From contig NZ_CP021983.2 in the NCBI RefSeq assembly GCF_002075285.3, forward strand, positions 3,960,001-3,992,000: a stretch of DNA of 32,000 nt, read 5' to 3'. A program made the translations under genes and the position numbers. Below are positions 8,931-18,010 of this stretch, one piece after another (within the stretch, counting starts at the first letter, position 1; each line of letters opens with the position of its first letter). Under the pieces are notes generated by a model. It saw only the letters and a list, made by a program, of their open reading frames with translations. It did not search any database and was not told the DNA's origin. This stretch comes from Halomicronema hongdechloris C2206. Lineage in GTDB: Bacteria; Cyanobacteriota; Cyanobacteriia; Phormidesmidales; Phormidesmidaceae.

Positions 8931-10253
8931 ATGGTCTGGGTTGGGAGCGAGTCGCGATGGGTAGCCAAGGCAGGGATCGGGGGGCTGGTGTTGGCCGCCT
9001 GCTATCCCCTGGTGCTCAGGGCCATGTCTTTGGCCCCCTCCAGTCATGTCCAGACCCGCGATTTGCCACAGTCTCTAGGCCCAGCAGAAACAGGGCTGGC
9101 TCCGGTGAGATTGATCTCGCTGCCAGGGACAACACAGATGGCCATCGCGGCTGATCCCTTGAGTCCAGCCATCCAGTGGTGGCGACCCCCATCGGATACC
9201 TTGGCCCGCGATGCCTATGGTCTTGCCCGCCGGTTGGCAGCTCAGGCGGTGGCCATGCAAGTAGGGCGGGGCAACGGACAGTTCGTCTGGCAACGGCAGG
9301 CCTTTCTCTGGCGAGCTGCGATCGCACAGTTGCAAACTATCCCTCCCACCTCCCCATTGGCCACCCTAGCCAGCCATGAGCAGCGTCTCTACGCAACTCG
9401 CCTGGCAGCGGTGACAGCGCGCCTGGAGGCCGTCGAAGCCGATGTGCTGGGGCAGATTGCAGGGCGCTTAGGATCGCCTAGGATCGTGCGCATCAGTGTT
9501 TGTCCACTGATGGGGACTTGCCGGCATCACCAAGGCCAAGTTCCCCCGGCCAGCCCGGCCAGTCTGATTAAGATGCCCATCGCCTTCGTGCTCCTGCAGC
9601 AGGTAGCCGCGACGGCTAGCGATCTGGGCGACTCGATCTATATTGATCCCCACAACTTCACGGAAAATGGGGCCCAGGCCCGCATCTTCGTGGACCGTCA
9701 TTATTCCTTAGGTCAGGTCATGGCCCGCATGATCGATGAAAGCAACAACATCGCCACCAATCAGTTAATCGACTATTTGGGCTGGGCTACCTTGAATCTA
9801 GCACTGCAGCAGCAGGGCTTCGCCACCATCCAGGTGCGCACCAAGCTGGTGGGGGCCGAGACCTCCCCCACCCAGAACATGGGCTGGGCCGCCAATACCC
9901 TGACCACGGCGGAGCTGACGGACCTGATGCGGTCTGTATATGCCCGTCGGGTGCCGGGGGCCGAGCACCTGATTCGAGCCCTAGCCACCCAAACCCATCG
10001 TGACTTTGGCTATGAGGCGCTGAGGGCGTTTCCGGCGCAGCGGGTGGCCTGGCTGGGGGAGAAGACCGGCCAAAATTCTCAGGTGATTGGTTCGACCTTA
10101 GCAGTGCGGGTTGATGGTCAGGTTTACCTGCTGACAGTCACCCTAGATCGCAGCGGTAATCAGCGGCGGCTGCGGCAAATTCTGCGGGATGTGGTCAGTT
10201 ATCTGCTCTACCGAGAGCCGCTGTTAGGGTCGCCCCTAGCCCAGGGCTCCTGA
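8931..10253 (+). CDS. Class A beta-lactamase-like serine hydrolase with an N-terminal membrane/extension domain
   Basis: 440 aa. The SxxK (PASLIKMP), SxN (ESNNIATNQL) and KTG (GEKTG) motifs occur in the canonical order in the C-terminal half. An N-terminal hydrophobic segment is present. Confidence 0.7.
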   Translation: MVWVGSESRWVAKAGIGGLVLAACYPLVLRAMSLAPSSHVQTRDLPQSLGPAETGLAPVRLISLPGTTQMAIAADPLSPAIQWWRPPSDTLARDAYGLARRLAAQAVAMQVGRGNGQFVWQRQAFLWRAAIAQLQTIPPTSPLATLASHEQRLYATRLAAVTARLEAVEADVLGQIAGRLGSPRIVRISVCPLMGTCRHHQGQVPPASPASLIKMPIAFVLLQQVAATASDLGDSIYIDPHNFTENGAQARIFVDRHYSLGQVMARMIDESNNIATNQLIDYLGWATLNLALQQQGFATIQVRTKLVGAETSPTQNMGWAANTLTTAELTDLMRSVYARRVPGAEHLIRALATQTHRDFGYEALRAFPAQRVAWLGEKTGQNSQVIGSTLAVRVDGQVYLLTVTLDRSGNQRRLRQILRDVVSYLLYREPLLGSPLAQGS

Positions 10254-11696
10254 GCTGTTATGGCCGTTGCTGTCTGGGTTGGCGGGGGTGAGGGCAGTTG
10301 CGATCGCATCGATCACCCGTCCCACCGGAATCACCTCTAGGGGCGGCTGACTCATGCCCTGGCCCTGGGGCACGATGGCCCGAGTAAAGCCCAACTTAGC
10401 CGCTTCTTTCAGCCGCAACTCCATCTGGGAAATGGGTCGCACCTGCCCGCCCAGGCCCACCTCGCCGATTAACACCAGCCCTGGATCCACCATGCGATCG
10501 CGAAAGCTGGCCACCACCGCCACGGCGACACCCAGATCCGCCGCCGGTTCCCCTACACTCAGCCCCCCCGAGGAGGCCACATAGGCATCGAGCTTCGAGA
10601 GGGGAATGCCCAATCGCTTCTCCAGCACCGCCAGAATCTGGAGCAACCGATTAAACTCAATGCCCGTAGCCGAGCGCCGAGGAGAACTATAGCTGGTGGG
10701 ACTCACCAGGGACTGAATTTCCACCACCAAAGGCCGAGTGCCCTCACAGGCAACGATGGTGGAGATCCCCGGCACCGGCTGATCCCGATTACTCAAGAAC
10801 AGGGCCGAGGGATTCTTAACCTCTGCCAGGCCGCGATCACGCATCTCAAATACGCCCAATTCGTGGGTGGCGCCAAATCGGTTCTTCACCGACCGCAGCA
10901 GTCGATGGCTAGCGAAGCGATCCCCCTCGAAATAGAGCACCGTATCCACCAAATGCTCCAGCACCTTGGGGCCGGCAATCGCCCCCTCCTTAGTCACATG
11001 ACCCACGATAAATAGAGACGTTGTCTGGCGTTTGGCCAACTGCATCAAGGCTGAGGTGCATTCCCGCACCTGAGCCACCGAGCCCGGAGCCGACGTCAAA
11101 GCACCGTAATATAGCGCCTGAATGCTGTCGATGATGGCGATGGTGGGCTGCAGGGACTCCAGCTCCAGCAGGATGGTTTCCAAATCGGTCTCTGGCAGTA
11201 AGTAGAGCTGTGATCCCAATGAAGCCTGCTGATCCCGAGGGGCAGAGCCTGCCGCCGTTAACCGTTGCCAACGCAGTTTCAGTTGTTGCCCAGATTCTTC
11301 CGCACAGACGTATAACACCGAGGTGGTGGCCGCTAGCTGTTGGGCCACCTGTAGCAGCAAGGTGGATTTGCCGATGCCAGGATCGCCTCCCAGCAACACC
11401 AGAGACCCTGGTACGATGCCACCCCCCAGCACCCGATCCAATTCCCGGTAGCCTGATCCCAGACGGGCTTGGGGATGTTCGGTCACCTGGTCCAGAGGAA
11501 TCGCTTGCCGTGGCTGGGCCGGGTCAGCCTTAGCTTTGTGACGGCGGCTGGCCGGACGAGGGCCCGTCCCAGTTTGGGGCGACAGAGGTTGCTCCACTAG
11601 GGCGTTCCAACTGTGGCAGACAGGACAGCGGCCAAAGTACTGAGAGGACTCGGCCCCACACTGGTTACAAACGTAGAGAGAGCGAGATTTAGCCAT
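10236..11696 (-). CDS. radA: DNA repair protein RadA/Sms
   Basis: 486 aa. It has an N-terminal zinc ribbon CNQCGAESSQYFGRCPVCHSWN, Walker A GGDPGIGKST, the KNRFG motif and a Lon-like C-terminal domain. Confidence 0.95.
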   Translation of the reverse strand: MAKSRSLYVCNQCGAESSQYFGRCPVCHSWNALVEQPLSPQTGTGPRPASRRHKAKADPAQPRQAIPLDQVTEHPQARLGSGYRELDRVLGGGIVPGSLVLLGGDPGIGKSTLLLQVAQQLAATTSVLYVCAEESGQQLKLRWQRLTAAGSAPRDQQASLGSQLYLLPETDLETILLELESLQPTIAIIDSIQALYYGALTSAPGSVAQVRECTSALMQLAKRQTTSLFIVGHVTKEGAIAGPKVLEHLVDTVLYFEGDRFASHRLLRSVKNRFGATHELGVFEMRDRGLAEVKNPSALFLSNRDQPVPGISTIVACEGTRPLVVEIQSLVSPTSYSSPRRSATGIEFNRLLQILAVLEKRLGIPLSKLDAYVASSGGLSVGEPAADLGVAVAVVASFRDRMVDPGLVLIGEVGLGGQVRPISQMELRLKEAAKLGFTRAIVPQGQGMSQPPLEVIPVGRVIDAIATALTPANPDSNGHNSSGALG

Positions 11697-12117
11697 GGGT
11701 TCAGTATCGCACTGGCCAGCTAGCTTAGGGCCTCAGGAGCCGAAGCTAGCATTAGCTCTGGAGTTGAGAGCCACTGAGGTCGCTTAACTAAGCTGAGATC
11801 GCCCTAGACTCGCAGAGTCTGATAGCCTGGCTACTCAAATATAGAGACATGGAGGGGGAGTCGGGATGAGCCCCATCGTCTTTGCAATTTTGCGATCGCA
11901 CTTGAGAAATATAACAATCCAATGCTCTCCATTAAGCGCTCGGGGAACCTTAAAAAACCCTGAAAACCTTCCATTTAGGAGATTGTTCGGGGCTCAAGAT
12001 GGGGATAGATGCCGTAACATCTTAATATCGCAGTACTAAAAGTTAATTATGCAAAATTAGCAAAATTAGCAGTTAACCCCTGGAGAAGATTAGCGTCTGT
12101 TGGGAGCTGAGAGAGCG

Positions 12118-12846
12118 TTGGAAAACACAAAGGAAAAAATACTGGTCGTTGACGACGAAGCAAGCATTCGCCGCATCTTAGAAACCCGGTTGTCAATGAT
12201 TGGCTACGATGTGGTGACGGCTGCAGATGGTGAAGAGGCGTTAGATACCTTTCGCTCCAGCCATCCAGACCTAGTGGTGCTGGATGTGATGATGCCCAAG
12301 TTAGATGGCTATGGCGTCTGCCAGGAACTGCGTAAAGAGTCAGATATCCCCATTATTATGCTCACAGCCCTAGGGGATGTGGCCGATCGTATCACCGGGC
12401 TAGAATTGGGAGCCGATGACTACGTCGTCAAGCCCTTTTCTCCCAAGGAACTGGAAGCCCGGATTCGATCCGTGCTGCGGCGGGTGGATAAAACCGGTGG
12501 CACTGGTATCCCCAGTTCTGGAGTGATCACCGTCAATACGATTCGCATCGATACCAATAAGCGCCAAGTCTACAAGGGGGACGAGCGGATTCGACTGACC
12601 GGCATGGAGTTTAGCCTTCTAGAACTCTTGGTCAGCCGCTCTGGTGAGCCCTTTTCTCGCTCTGAGATTTTGCAGGAAGTCTGGGGCTATACCCCAGAGC
12701 GTCACGTGGATACCCGGGTAGTGGATGTTCATATCTCTCGGCTCCGGGCCAAGCTAGAAGATGACCCCAGCAATCCTGAATTGATTCTCACTGCCCGCGG
12801 TACCGGCTACCTGTTCCAACGAATCGTGGAACCGGGCGAAGAGTAG
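12118..12846 (+). CDS. rpaB: OmpR-family response regulator RpaB (Ycf27)
   Basis: The near-invariant RpaB block is KEKILVVDDEASIRRILETRLSMIGYDVVTAADGEEAL...DVMMPKLDGYGVCQELRKESDIPIIMLTALGDVADRITGLELGADDYVVKPFSPKELEARIRSVLRR, followed by a winged-helix C-terminus. There is no ATG, so the start is TTG 12118 (preferred, purine-rich GAGAGAG upstream) or TTG 12100. Confidence 0.9.
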   Translation: MENTKEKILVVDDEASIRRILETRLSMIGYDVVTAADGEEALDTFRSSHPDLVVLDVMMPKLDGYGVCQELRKESDIPIIMLTALGDVADRITGLELGADDYVVKPFSPKELEARIRSVLRRVDKTGGTGIPSSGVITVNTIRIDTNKRQVYKGDERIRLTGMEFSLLELLVSRSGEPFSRSEILQEVWGYTPERHVDTRVVDVHISRLRAKLEDDPSNPELILTARGTGYLFQRIVEPGEE

Positions 12847-12902
12847 TCTGCTAAAATTTCTTAAGGTTTTTGTAGCTTTTAGTCTTTATACAGCTTTAGT
12901 CA

Positions 12903-13937
12903 ATGGGAGCAACTCGGGCACGAATCGCAGTCGATGCGATGGGTGGAGACCACGCGCCGGCTGAAGTAGTCACTGGCGCCATCCGGGCTAAGGCGGAGTT
13001 AGGGGTCGACATCTTACTGGTTGGAGATCCTGACCAAATTTATGCCGCCACTCCTCAGCCCGGGAATTTAGATCAGCTAGAGTTGGTTCCAGCGGAAGGC
13101 ACCATTGCCATGGACGAAGAGCCGCTCAGTTCTCTGCGGCGTAAGCCCAAGGCATCCATTAATGTTGCCATGGACCTAGTGAAGCGGAAGCGGGCCGACG
13201 CGGTGGTTTCGGCAGGGCACTCCGGTGCTGCCATGGCAGCAGCATTATTGCGGCTAGGCCGATTAAAGGGCATTGATCGACCTGCCATTGGGGCCGTTTT
13301 CCCCACCGTAATAGCAGATAAGTCAGTGTTAATCCTAGATGTGGGGGCCAATGTAGACTGTCGGCCCAAATTTCTAGAGCAGTTTGCCGTCATGGGGACG
13401 ATCTATTCCCGCTATGTGTTGGGGGTCGAGCAGCCCACGATAGGTCTCTTGAATATTGGCGAAGAATCTAGCAAGGGCAATGATCTGGCCGTGCGGGTGC
13501 ATCAGATGCTCCAGGAAAACCCGGCCGTGCCCTTCATTGGCAATGCCGAAGGGCGAGATGTGCTGTCGGGCCAGTTTGATGTGGTTGTGTGTGATGGCTT
13601 CGTCGGCAATGTCTTGCTGAAGTTTGCCGAAGCCGTTGGGGAGGCTGTTTTAAATATCCTGCGCGAGGAACTGCCCCAGGGGCTACGGGGCAAGGCTGGT
13701 ACGATGATGCTTAAGCCCAATCTGCGTCGGATCAAGCAACGGGTAGATCATGCTGAGCATGGGGGTGCTCTATTATTAGGAGTTGCCGGTATTGCGGTGA
13801 TTAGTCATGGCAGTTCCCAAGCCCCCTCTATCTTCAATGCGATTCGCCTGGCCAAGGAAGCCGTTGATCATGAAGTACTGCAGCGAATTCAGGCCCAATA
13901 TCAAAAAGTTGCCATGCCGGCTGCGGATGGGGAGTAA
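12903..13937 (+). CDS. plsX: Phosphate acyltransferase PlsX
   Basis: 344 aa. IAVDAMGGDHAP at the N-terminus, plus the GNAEGRD and VISHGSS blocks. Confidence 0.95.
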   Translation: MGATRARIAVDAMGGDHAPAEVVTGAIRAKAELGVDILLVGDPDQIYAATPQPGNLDQLELVPAEGTIAMDEEPLSSLRRKPKASINVAMDLVKRKRADAVVSAGHSGAAMAAALLRLGRLKGIDRPAIGAVFPTVIADKSVLILDVGANVDCRPKFLEQFAVMGTIYSRYVLGVEQPTIGLLNIGEESSKGNDLAVRVHQMLQENPAVPFIGNAEGRDVLSGQFDVVVCDGFVGNVLLKFAEAVGEAVLNILREELPQGLRGKAGTMMLKPNLRRIKQRVDHAEHGGALLLGVAGIAVISHGSSQAPSIFNAIRLAKEAVDHEVLQRIQAQYQKVAMPAADGE

Positions 13938-14947
13938 TGGTGCAAGCTAATTTGGTGGGGGTTTCGATTACAGGTAGTGGGTCAGCCCAATTGTCTAGAG
14001 CGCTGAGCAATGATCAGCTGAGCCAAATTGTCGATACCTCCGATGAATGGATCGCCAGCCGCACCGGTATCCGCCAGCGCTACATTGCTGAGACGCAACA
14101 ATCCCTCAGTCATATTGCTGCTGAGGCCGGGCGTCAGGCCCTAGCCATGGCTAAACTGCCCCCTGAGTCGGTACAGCTCATTATTCTGGCCACCTCAACC
14201 CCAGACGATCTATTCGGCAGTGCTTGTCAAGTGCAGACCCTCCTAGGGGCAACCCATGCAGTGGCCTTTGATTTGACGGCAGCCTGCTCTGGCTTTGTAT
14301 TTTCCTTGGTGACAGCTGCCCAATACCTCCGCCAGGGTGTGTATCAGAATGTGCTTGTTATCGGGGCTGATATCTTGTCCCGGTGGACGGATTGGAGCGA
14401 CCGTCGTACCTGCATCTTGTTTGGCGATGGAGCTGGAGCCGTAGTGATGCAGGCGAGTGATGTCGATGGGTTGCTGGGCTTCGAACTCTGTAGTGACGGC
14501 CGCCTCAACGGTTGTTTGAAGCTATCCTATCAGTCGGAGCCGCTAGAGATAGTAGAGGGTATTCAGGGGCAACAGGGAACCTTTCAACCCATCACTATGA
14601 ATGGCCGCGAGGTCTATAAATTTGCCGTGAGTCGAGTGCCAGAGGTGCTGGAAAAAGCTCTCTTTCGAGCTGGCAAAACCCCTAGAGATATTGACTGGTT
14701 AGTACTGCACCAAGCCAATCAGCGGATTTTAGATGCTGTGGCTGAGCGCTTAGAGGTACCTTCAGAGCGGGTGGTGAGCAACATGGCCTGCCATGGTAAT
14801 ACCTCGGCGGCATCCATCCCATTAGCCTTAGATGAAGTGGTGAGAGCGGGCAAAGTACGGCCTAGTGATTTAATAGCAACGGCCGGATTTGGCGCTGGAC
14901 TGACTTGGGGCGCTGCCATCTTTGAGTGGGCTGCTGGCCCTGCCTAA
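13937..14947 (+). CDS. fabH: Beta-ketoacyl-ACP synthase III
   Basis: 336 aa. The start ATG shares one base with the plsX stop (TAATG at 13935-13939). Active-site Cys in DLTAACSGFVF, and the HQAN and GNTSAAS blocks. Confidence 0.95.
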   Translation: MVQANLVGVSITGSGSAQLSRALSNDQLSQIVDTSDEWIASRTGIRQRYIAETQQSLSHIAAEAGRQALAMAKLPPESVQLIILATSTPDDLFGSACQVQTLLGATHAVAFDLTAACSGFVFSLVTAAQYLRQGVYQNVLVIGADILSRWTDWSDRRTCILFGDGAGAVVMQASDVDGLLGFELCSDGRLNGCLKLSYQSEPLEIVEGIQGQQGTFQPITMNGREVYKFAVSRVPEVLEKALFRAGKTPRDIDWLVLHQANQRILDAVAERLEVPSERVVSNMACHGNTSAASIPLALDEVVRAGKVRPSDLIATAGFGAGLTWGAAIFEWAAGPA

Positions 14948-15063
14948 ATCTTCCCTAAATCCCCGTTTACTGAGACAGTGAATTATTGGGAGTCGTTGGG
15001 CCGCCATTCCTTGTGAATTGGGCCATAGTCATCCTACTCACTGGTGTTAAGGCTGGGACAATC

Positions 15064-15954
15064 ATGACCAAGACTGCATGGGTATTCCCCGGACAGGGAT
15101 CGCAGGTAATAGGTATGGGGGCTGATTTGGCTGCCGTGCCCTTGGCAATGACTCACTTGCAAGAAGCCGAGGATATCTTAGGCTGGTCGGTACTGGCAGT
15201 CAGCCAGAGCGAAGAGAATAAGCTGGCTAATACCCTCTATACCCAACCTTGCCTATACGTGATCGAATGTATTCTGATGGATTTGCTCAAGCAGCAGGGA
15301 TGGCAGCCAGACTTGGTAGCTGGCCATAGTTTGGGAGAATATGTGGCTCTCTATGGGGCCGATGTATTTGAGTTTGGCACTGGGTTGCAGCTGGTGAAGC
15401 GGCGGGCAGAGCTGATGAGCCAGGCCTCTGATGGCATGATGGCGGCATTGATGGGCTTCGATCGCGATGAGTTGATTGCCAGTTTAGAGCAAACGGCGGA
15501 TGCTGTTTTAGCCAATGACAACAACCCGGGACAGGTGGTGATCTCAGGCACCCCGGCCGCCGTCGAATCGGTGATGACGAAAGTCAAGGCCAAGCGAGCA
15601 GTGCCCCTCAAGGTCAGTGGTGCTTTCCATTCCCCTTTAATGGCAGATGCGGCGGCAGAGTTTGAGTCAGCCTTAGAACCGGTGGCCTTTGCCGCAGCGA
15701 CAGTACCTGTACTGTCGAATGTCGAGCCGACTCCCAGTCAGGATGCTGAAGGGTTGAAGCAGCGCCTACGGCAACAGATGACGGAGCCGGTACGGTGGCG
15801 GGAAATTTCCTTACAGTTGCCCCAGTTGGGGATCGAGCGGGTAATTGAAGTCGGACCTGGCAATGTGTTGACGGGGCTGATTAAGCGGACCTGTAAATCG
15901 CTGACATTGCTGAATGTGGGCACTTTGGCTCAGGTACAGGGGTTGGTTAAATAG
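15064..15954 (+). CDS. fabD: Malonyl-CoA-ACP transacylase
   Basis: ATG 15064 gives MTKTAWVFPGQGSQ, the canonical FabD N-terminus. It has the GHSLGEY nucleophile elbow and the SGAFHSPLM block. The ORF track begins 26 codons upstream at 14986. Confidence 0.95.
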   Translation: MTKTAWVFPGQGSQVIGMGADLAAVPLAMTHLQEAEDILGWSVLAVSQSEENKLANTLYTQPCLYVIECILMDLLKQQGWQPDLVAGHSLGEYVALYGADVFEFGTGLQLVKRRAELMSQASDGMMAALMGFDRDELIASLEQTADAVLANDNNPGQVVISGTPAAVESVMTKVKAKRAVPLKVSGAFHSPLMADAAAEFESALEPVAFAAATVPVLSNVEPTPSQDAEGLKQRLRQQMTEPVRWREISLQLPQLGIERVIEVGPGNVLTGLIKRTCKSLTLLNVGTLAQVQGLVK

Positions 15955-15956
15955 CC

Positions 15957-16595
15957 ATGGGGCGCGATCGTGAACCCCGGATTAGCCTGCTGCTCTATCA
16001 CCTGTTTAAGTGGTCGGTGGTGAGCCCGGTTTTCCATGGTTATTTTCGAGGCCGTATCTACGGGGCCGAGCAGGTGCCCCGGCGGGGCAAGGTAATCGTG
16101 GTGGCCAATCACGCTAGTGATTTCGATCCTCCAATCGTGTCTAACTGTGTGGGGCGCCCTGTGGCTTACATGGCCAAGGAAGAGCTGTTTCGGGTGCCGA
16201 TCTTAGGTCAGGCGATTCGTCTGTATGGGGCCTATCCAGTCAAGCGGGGCGCGGCCGATCGCAACGCCATTCGAGCCGCTTTAGCTCAGTTGGAGCGGGG
16301 CTGGGCGGTGGGAATCTTCTTGCAGGGAACTCGCACCCGAGATGGACGCATCCCAGGCCCAAAGCTGGGGGCGGCACTGTTGGCGGCAAAGGCTGAAGCT
16401 CCGTTGTTGCCGGTGTGTCTCTGGGGTAGCCATCGGATTTTTCCCAAGGGGGGTAGGGGCCCTCGACCGGTGCCGTTGACTGTTCGTATCGCGGCTCCCA
16501 TTGCACCACCGCCATCCTCAGATCGGGTGACGCTACAGGCGGTAACGGAGCACTGTACTCAGGTGATTCATGACTTGCATGATCAGGGCCGGTAA
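15957..16595 (+). CDS. plsC: 1-acyl-sn-glycerol-3-phosphate acyltransferase
   Basis: 212 aa, starting 2 nt after the fabD stop. It has the acyltransferase HX4D motif (NHASDFDP) and the downstream blocks AKEELF, FLQGTRT and PILPV-like (PLLPVC). Confidence 0.85.
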   Translation: MGRDREPRISLLLYHLFKWSVVSPVFHGYFRGRIYGAEQVPRRGKVIVVANHASDFDPPIVSNCVGRPVAYMAKEELFRVPILGQAIRLYGAYPVKRGAADRNAIRAALAQLERGWAVGIFLQGTRTRDGRIPGPKLGAALLAAKAEAPLLPVCLWGSHRIFPKGGRGPRPVPLTVRIAAPIAPPPSSDRVTLQAVTEHCTQVIHDLHDQGR

Positions 16596-16678
16596 CGGCT
16601 GCAAGCTTCGAGAAAGCAAACGCTGATCGACACCCTCTGGCAAACTAGGAAGAGCGTTGTAGACCGTTTTTATGGCTC

Positions 16679-16981
16679 ATGACAGATGCCCTCAGAACTG
16701 AACTAGCGGACATGGTGGATTCAGCTGAGTGGACTTGGTTGCAACCCCATGCCAATCGGGATGCCGTCGTTGTAGTCGATCAGGCTTTGGACTTGGTGGA
16801 CGTAGGGGTTGCGATCGCAACGGACAATGTCACCTCCGTAGACCACTGGATTGGCGAACAACTGCTGCGAAAACCCACCCTAGACCAGCTGATCCGATGG
16901 GAACGCACCGAGGGATTGCGATTTCAAGCCCTAATCGTGCCACCCTATGTGCTAGTACAACAGTCTCCAGAGGCGACCTAG
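16679..16981 (+). CDS. Small conserved protein, probably DUF2288 family
   Basis: 100 aa. The pattern AEWTWLQPH..RDAVVVV...LDLVDVGVAIA.DN...V.HWI....L.KP....FQALIV.PYVLVQ matches my recollection of DUF2288. The assignment has not been searched. Confidence 0.6.
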   Translation: MTDALRTELADMVDSAEWTWLQPHANRDAVVVVDQALDLVDVGVAIATDNVTSVDHWIGEQLLRKPTLDQLIRWERTEGLRFQALIVPPYVLVQQSPEAT

Positions 16982-17017
16982 GCCTACCTAGGCGATTCCC
17001 CCCTTTCCTGCACTTCT

Positions 17018-17979
17018 ATGCCCACTATCGCCCCCAATCACCCCGCCTGCATCCCTTCCAGACGCCCTGGTGTTGGCTCTATGCCCTGTGGAAGTTCTCG
17101 CGACCCCATACCATTATCGGCACCAGTTTCAGCGTGCTGGGGTTGTTTGCCATCGCCGCCGCTACCATCCCCGCCCCTGCCATCGCTTGGGGGGAGTTGG
17201 CCTGGGCCTGGTTGGCCTGTTTGGGGGGCAATCTCTACATTGTCGGCCTGAATCAGATTCAGGATATCGAGATCGATCGCATCAATAAGCCCCCACCTCC
17301 CCCTGGCATCCGGGGAATTTTCCCGCCGCGATGGCTGGTGGCTGGTAGGCGCAGCTGTGATCGTGGCCCTGGGGCCTAGGCGGGGGGGCGGGGGATATCT
17401 GTTTGCCACTGTTGCCATCAGTGTGGTCATCGGCACCGCCTACTCCCTGCCCCCTATACGGCTGAAGCGATTTGCCGTCTGGGCCTCGGCCTGCATCTTG
17501 GTGGTGCGCGGGGTGGTGGTGAATCTGGGGTTGTTTCTGTATTTCGCTGCCGCCCAGCAATCTCCAGGGATTCCCCCCATCATCTGGGCCTTGACCGGGT
17601 TTGTGGTGGTCTTTAGCGTTGCGATCGCAATTTTCAAAGACATCCCCGACATCGAAGGCGATCGTCAATATAATATCCGCACCTTTACCGTTCGCTTGGG
17701 GCAACGCACCGTCTTCAACCTAGCCCGCGGGTTACTCACCCTGGCTTACCGGCGGTATGATGCTAGCGGCTCCCTGGCTGCCAACCGTCAACCGTCTAGG
17801 GCTAGTCATGGCCCATGGTCTGGTCCTAGGCAGCTTTTGGTGGCTGAGTCAGCAGGTTATCTGGCCCCGCGCCCCCCCGCCGACGGCTCCGGTTTTCCTA
17901 TCGCAGCTTTTACCAGATCATCTGGGGGTTCTTTTTCCTGGAATACGTGATTGTCCCAGTAGCGTGTTGGCTACAGTAA
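17018..17979 (+). pseudogene. Homogentisate phytyltransferase (UbiA family, tocopherol pathway, slr1736/VTE2-like) interrupted by multiple frameshifts
   Basis: Homology is continuous only across frame hops. WKFSRPHTIIGT...GLNQIQDIEIDRINKP reads in frame 1 up to 17292. HLPLASGEFS...GTAYSLPPIRLKRF...FKDIPDIEGDRQYNIRTFTV reads in frame 2 over 17294-17749. GGMMLAAPWLPTVNRLGLVMAHGLVLGSFWWLSQQV reads in frame 0 over 17751-17858. FYQIIWGFFFLEYVIVPVACWLQ then reads in frame 1 to TAA 17977-17979. Premature stops fall at 17377-17379 and 17948-17950. Confidence 0.75.
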
Positions 17980-18010
17980 CTGTCTTGTTATCCATTGCCC
18001 TACACCGCCC

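Noticed and set aside
12032-12046. LexA-box-like AGTACTAAAAGTTAA between radA and rpaB
   Set aside because: The spacing between the half-sites is one base too long for the cyanobacterial RGTAC-N3-DGTWC pattern, the second half-site is degenerate, and it lies 340 nt from the radA start.
16729-17017. 5' part of ORF 16729-17379, which would give the HPT fragment an ATG start
   Set aside because: It lies entirely inside the DUF2288 gene in another frame and translates to Arg/Cys/Gly-rich sequence. The HPT homology begins only around 17040.
17341-17400. A possible additional compensated frameshift pair in HPT at the G7/G5 runs (peptide ALGPRRGGGGYLF against alternate-frame ALGLGGGAG)
   Set aside because: This loop is variable among the HPT sequences I recall, and both readings are plausible. 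There is not enough evidence to claim further indels.
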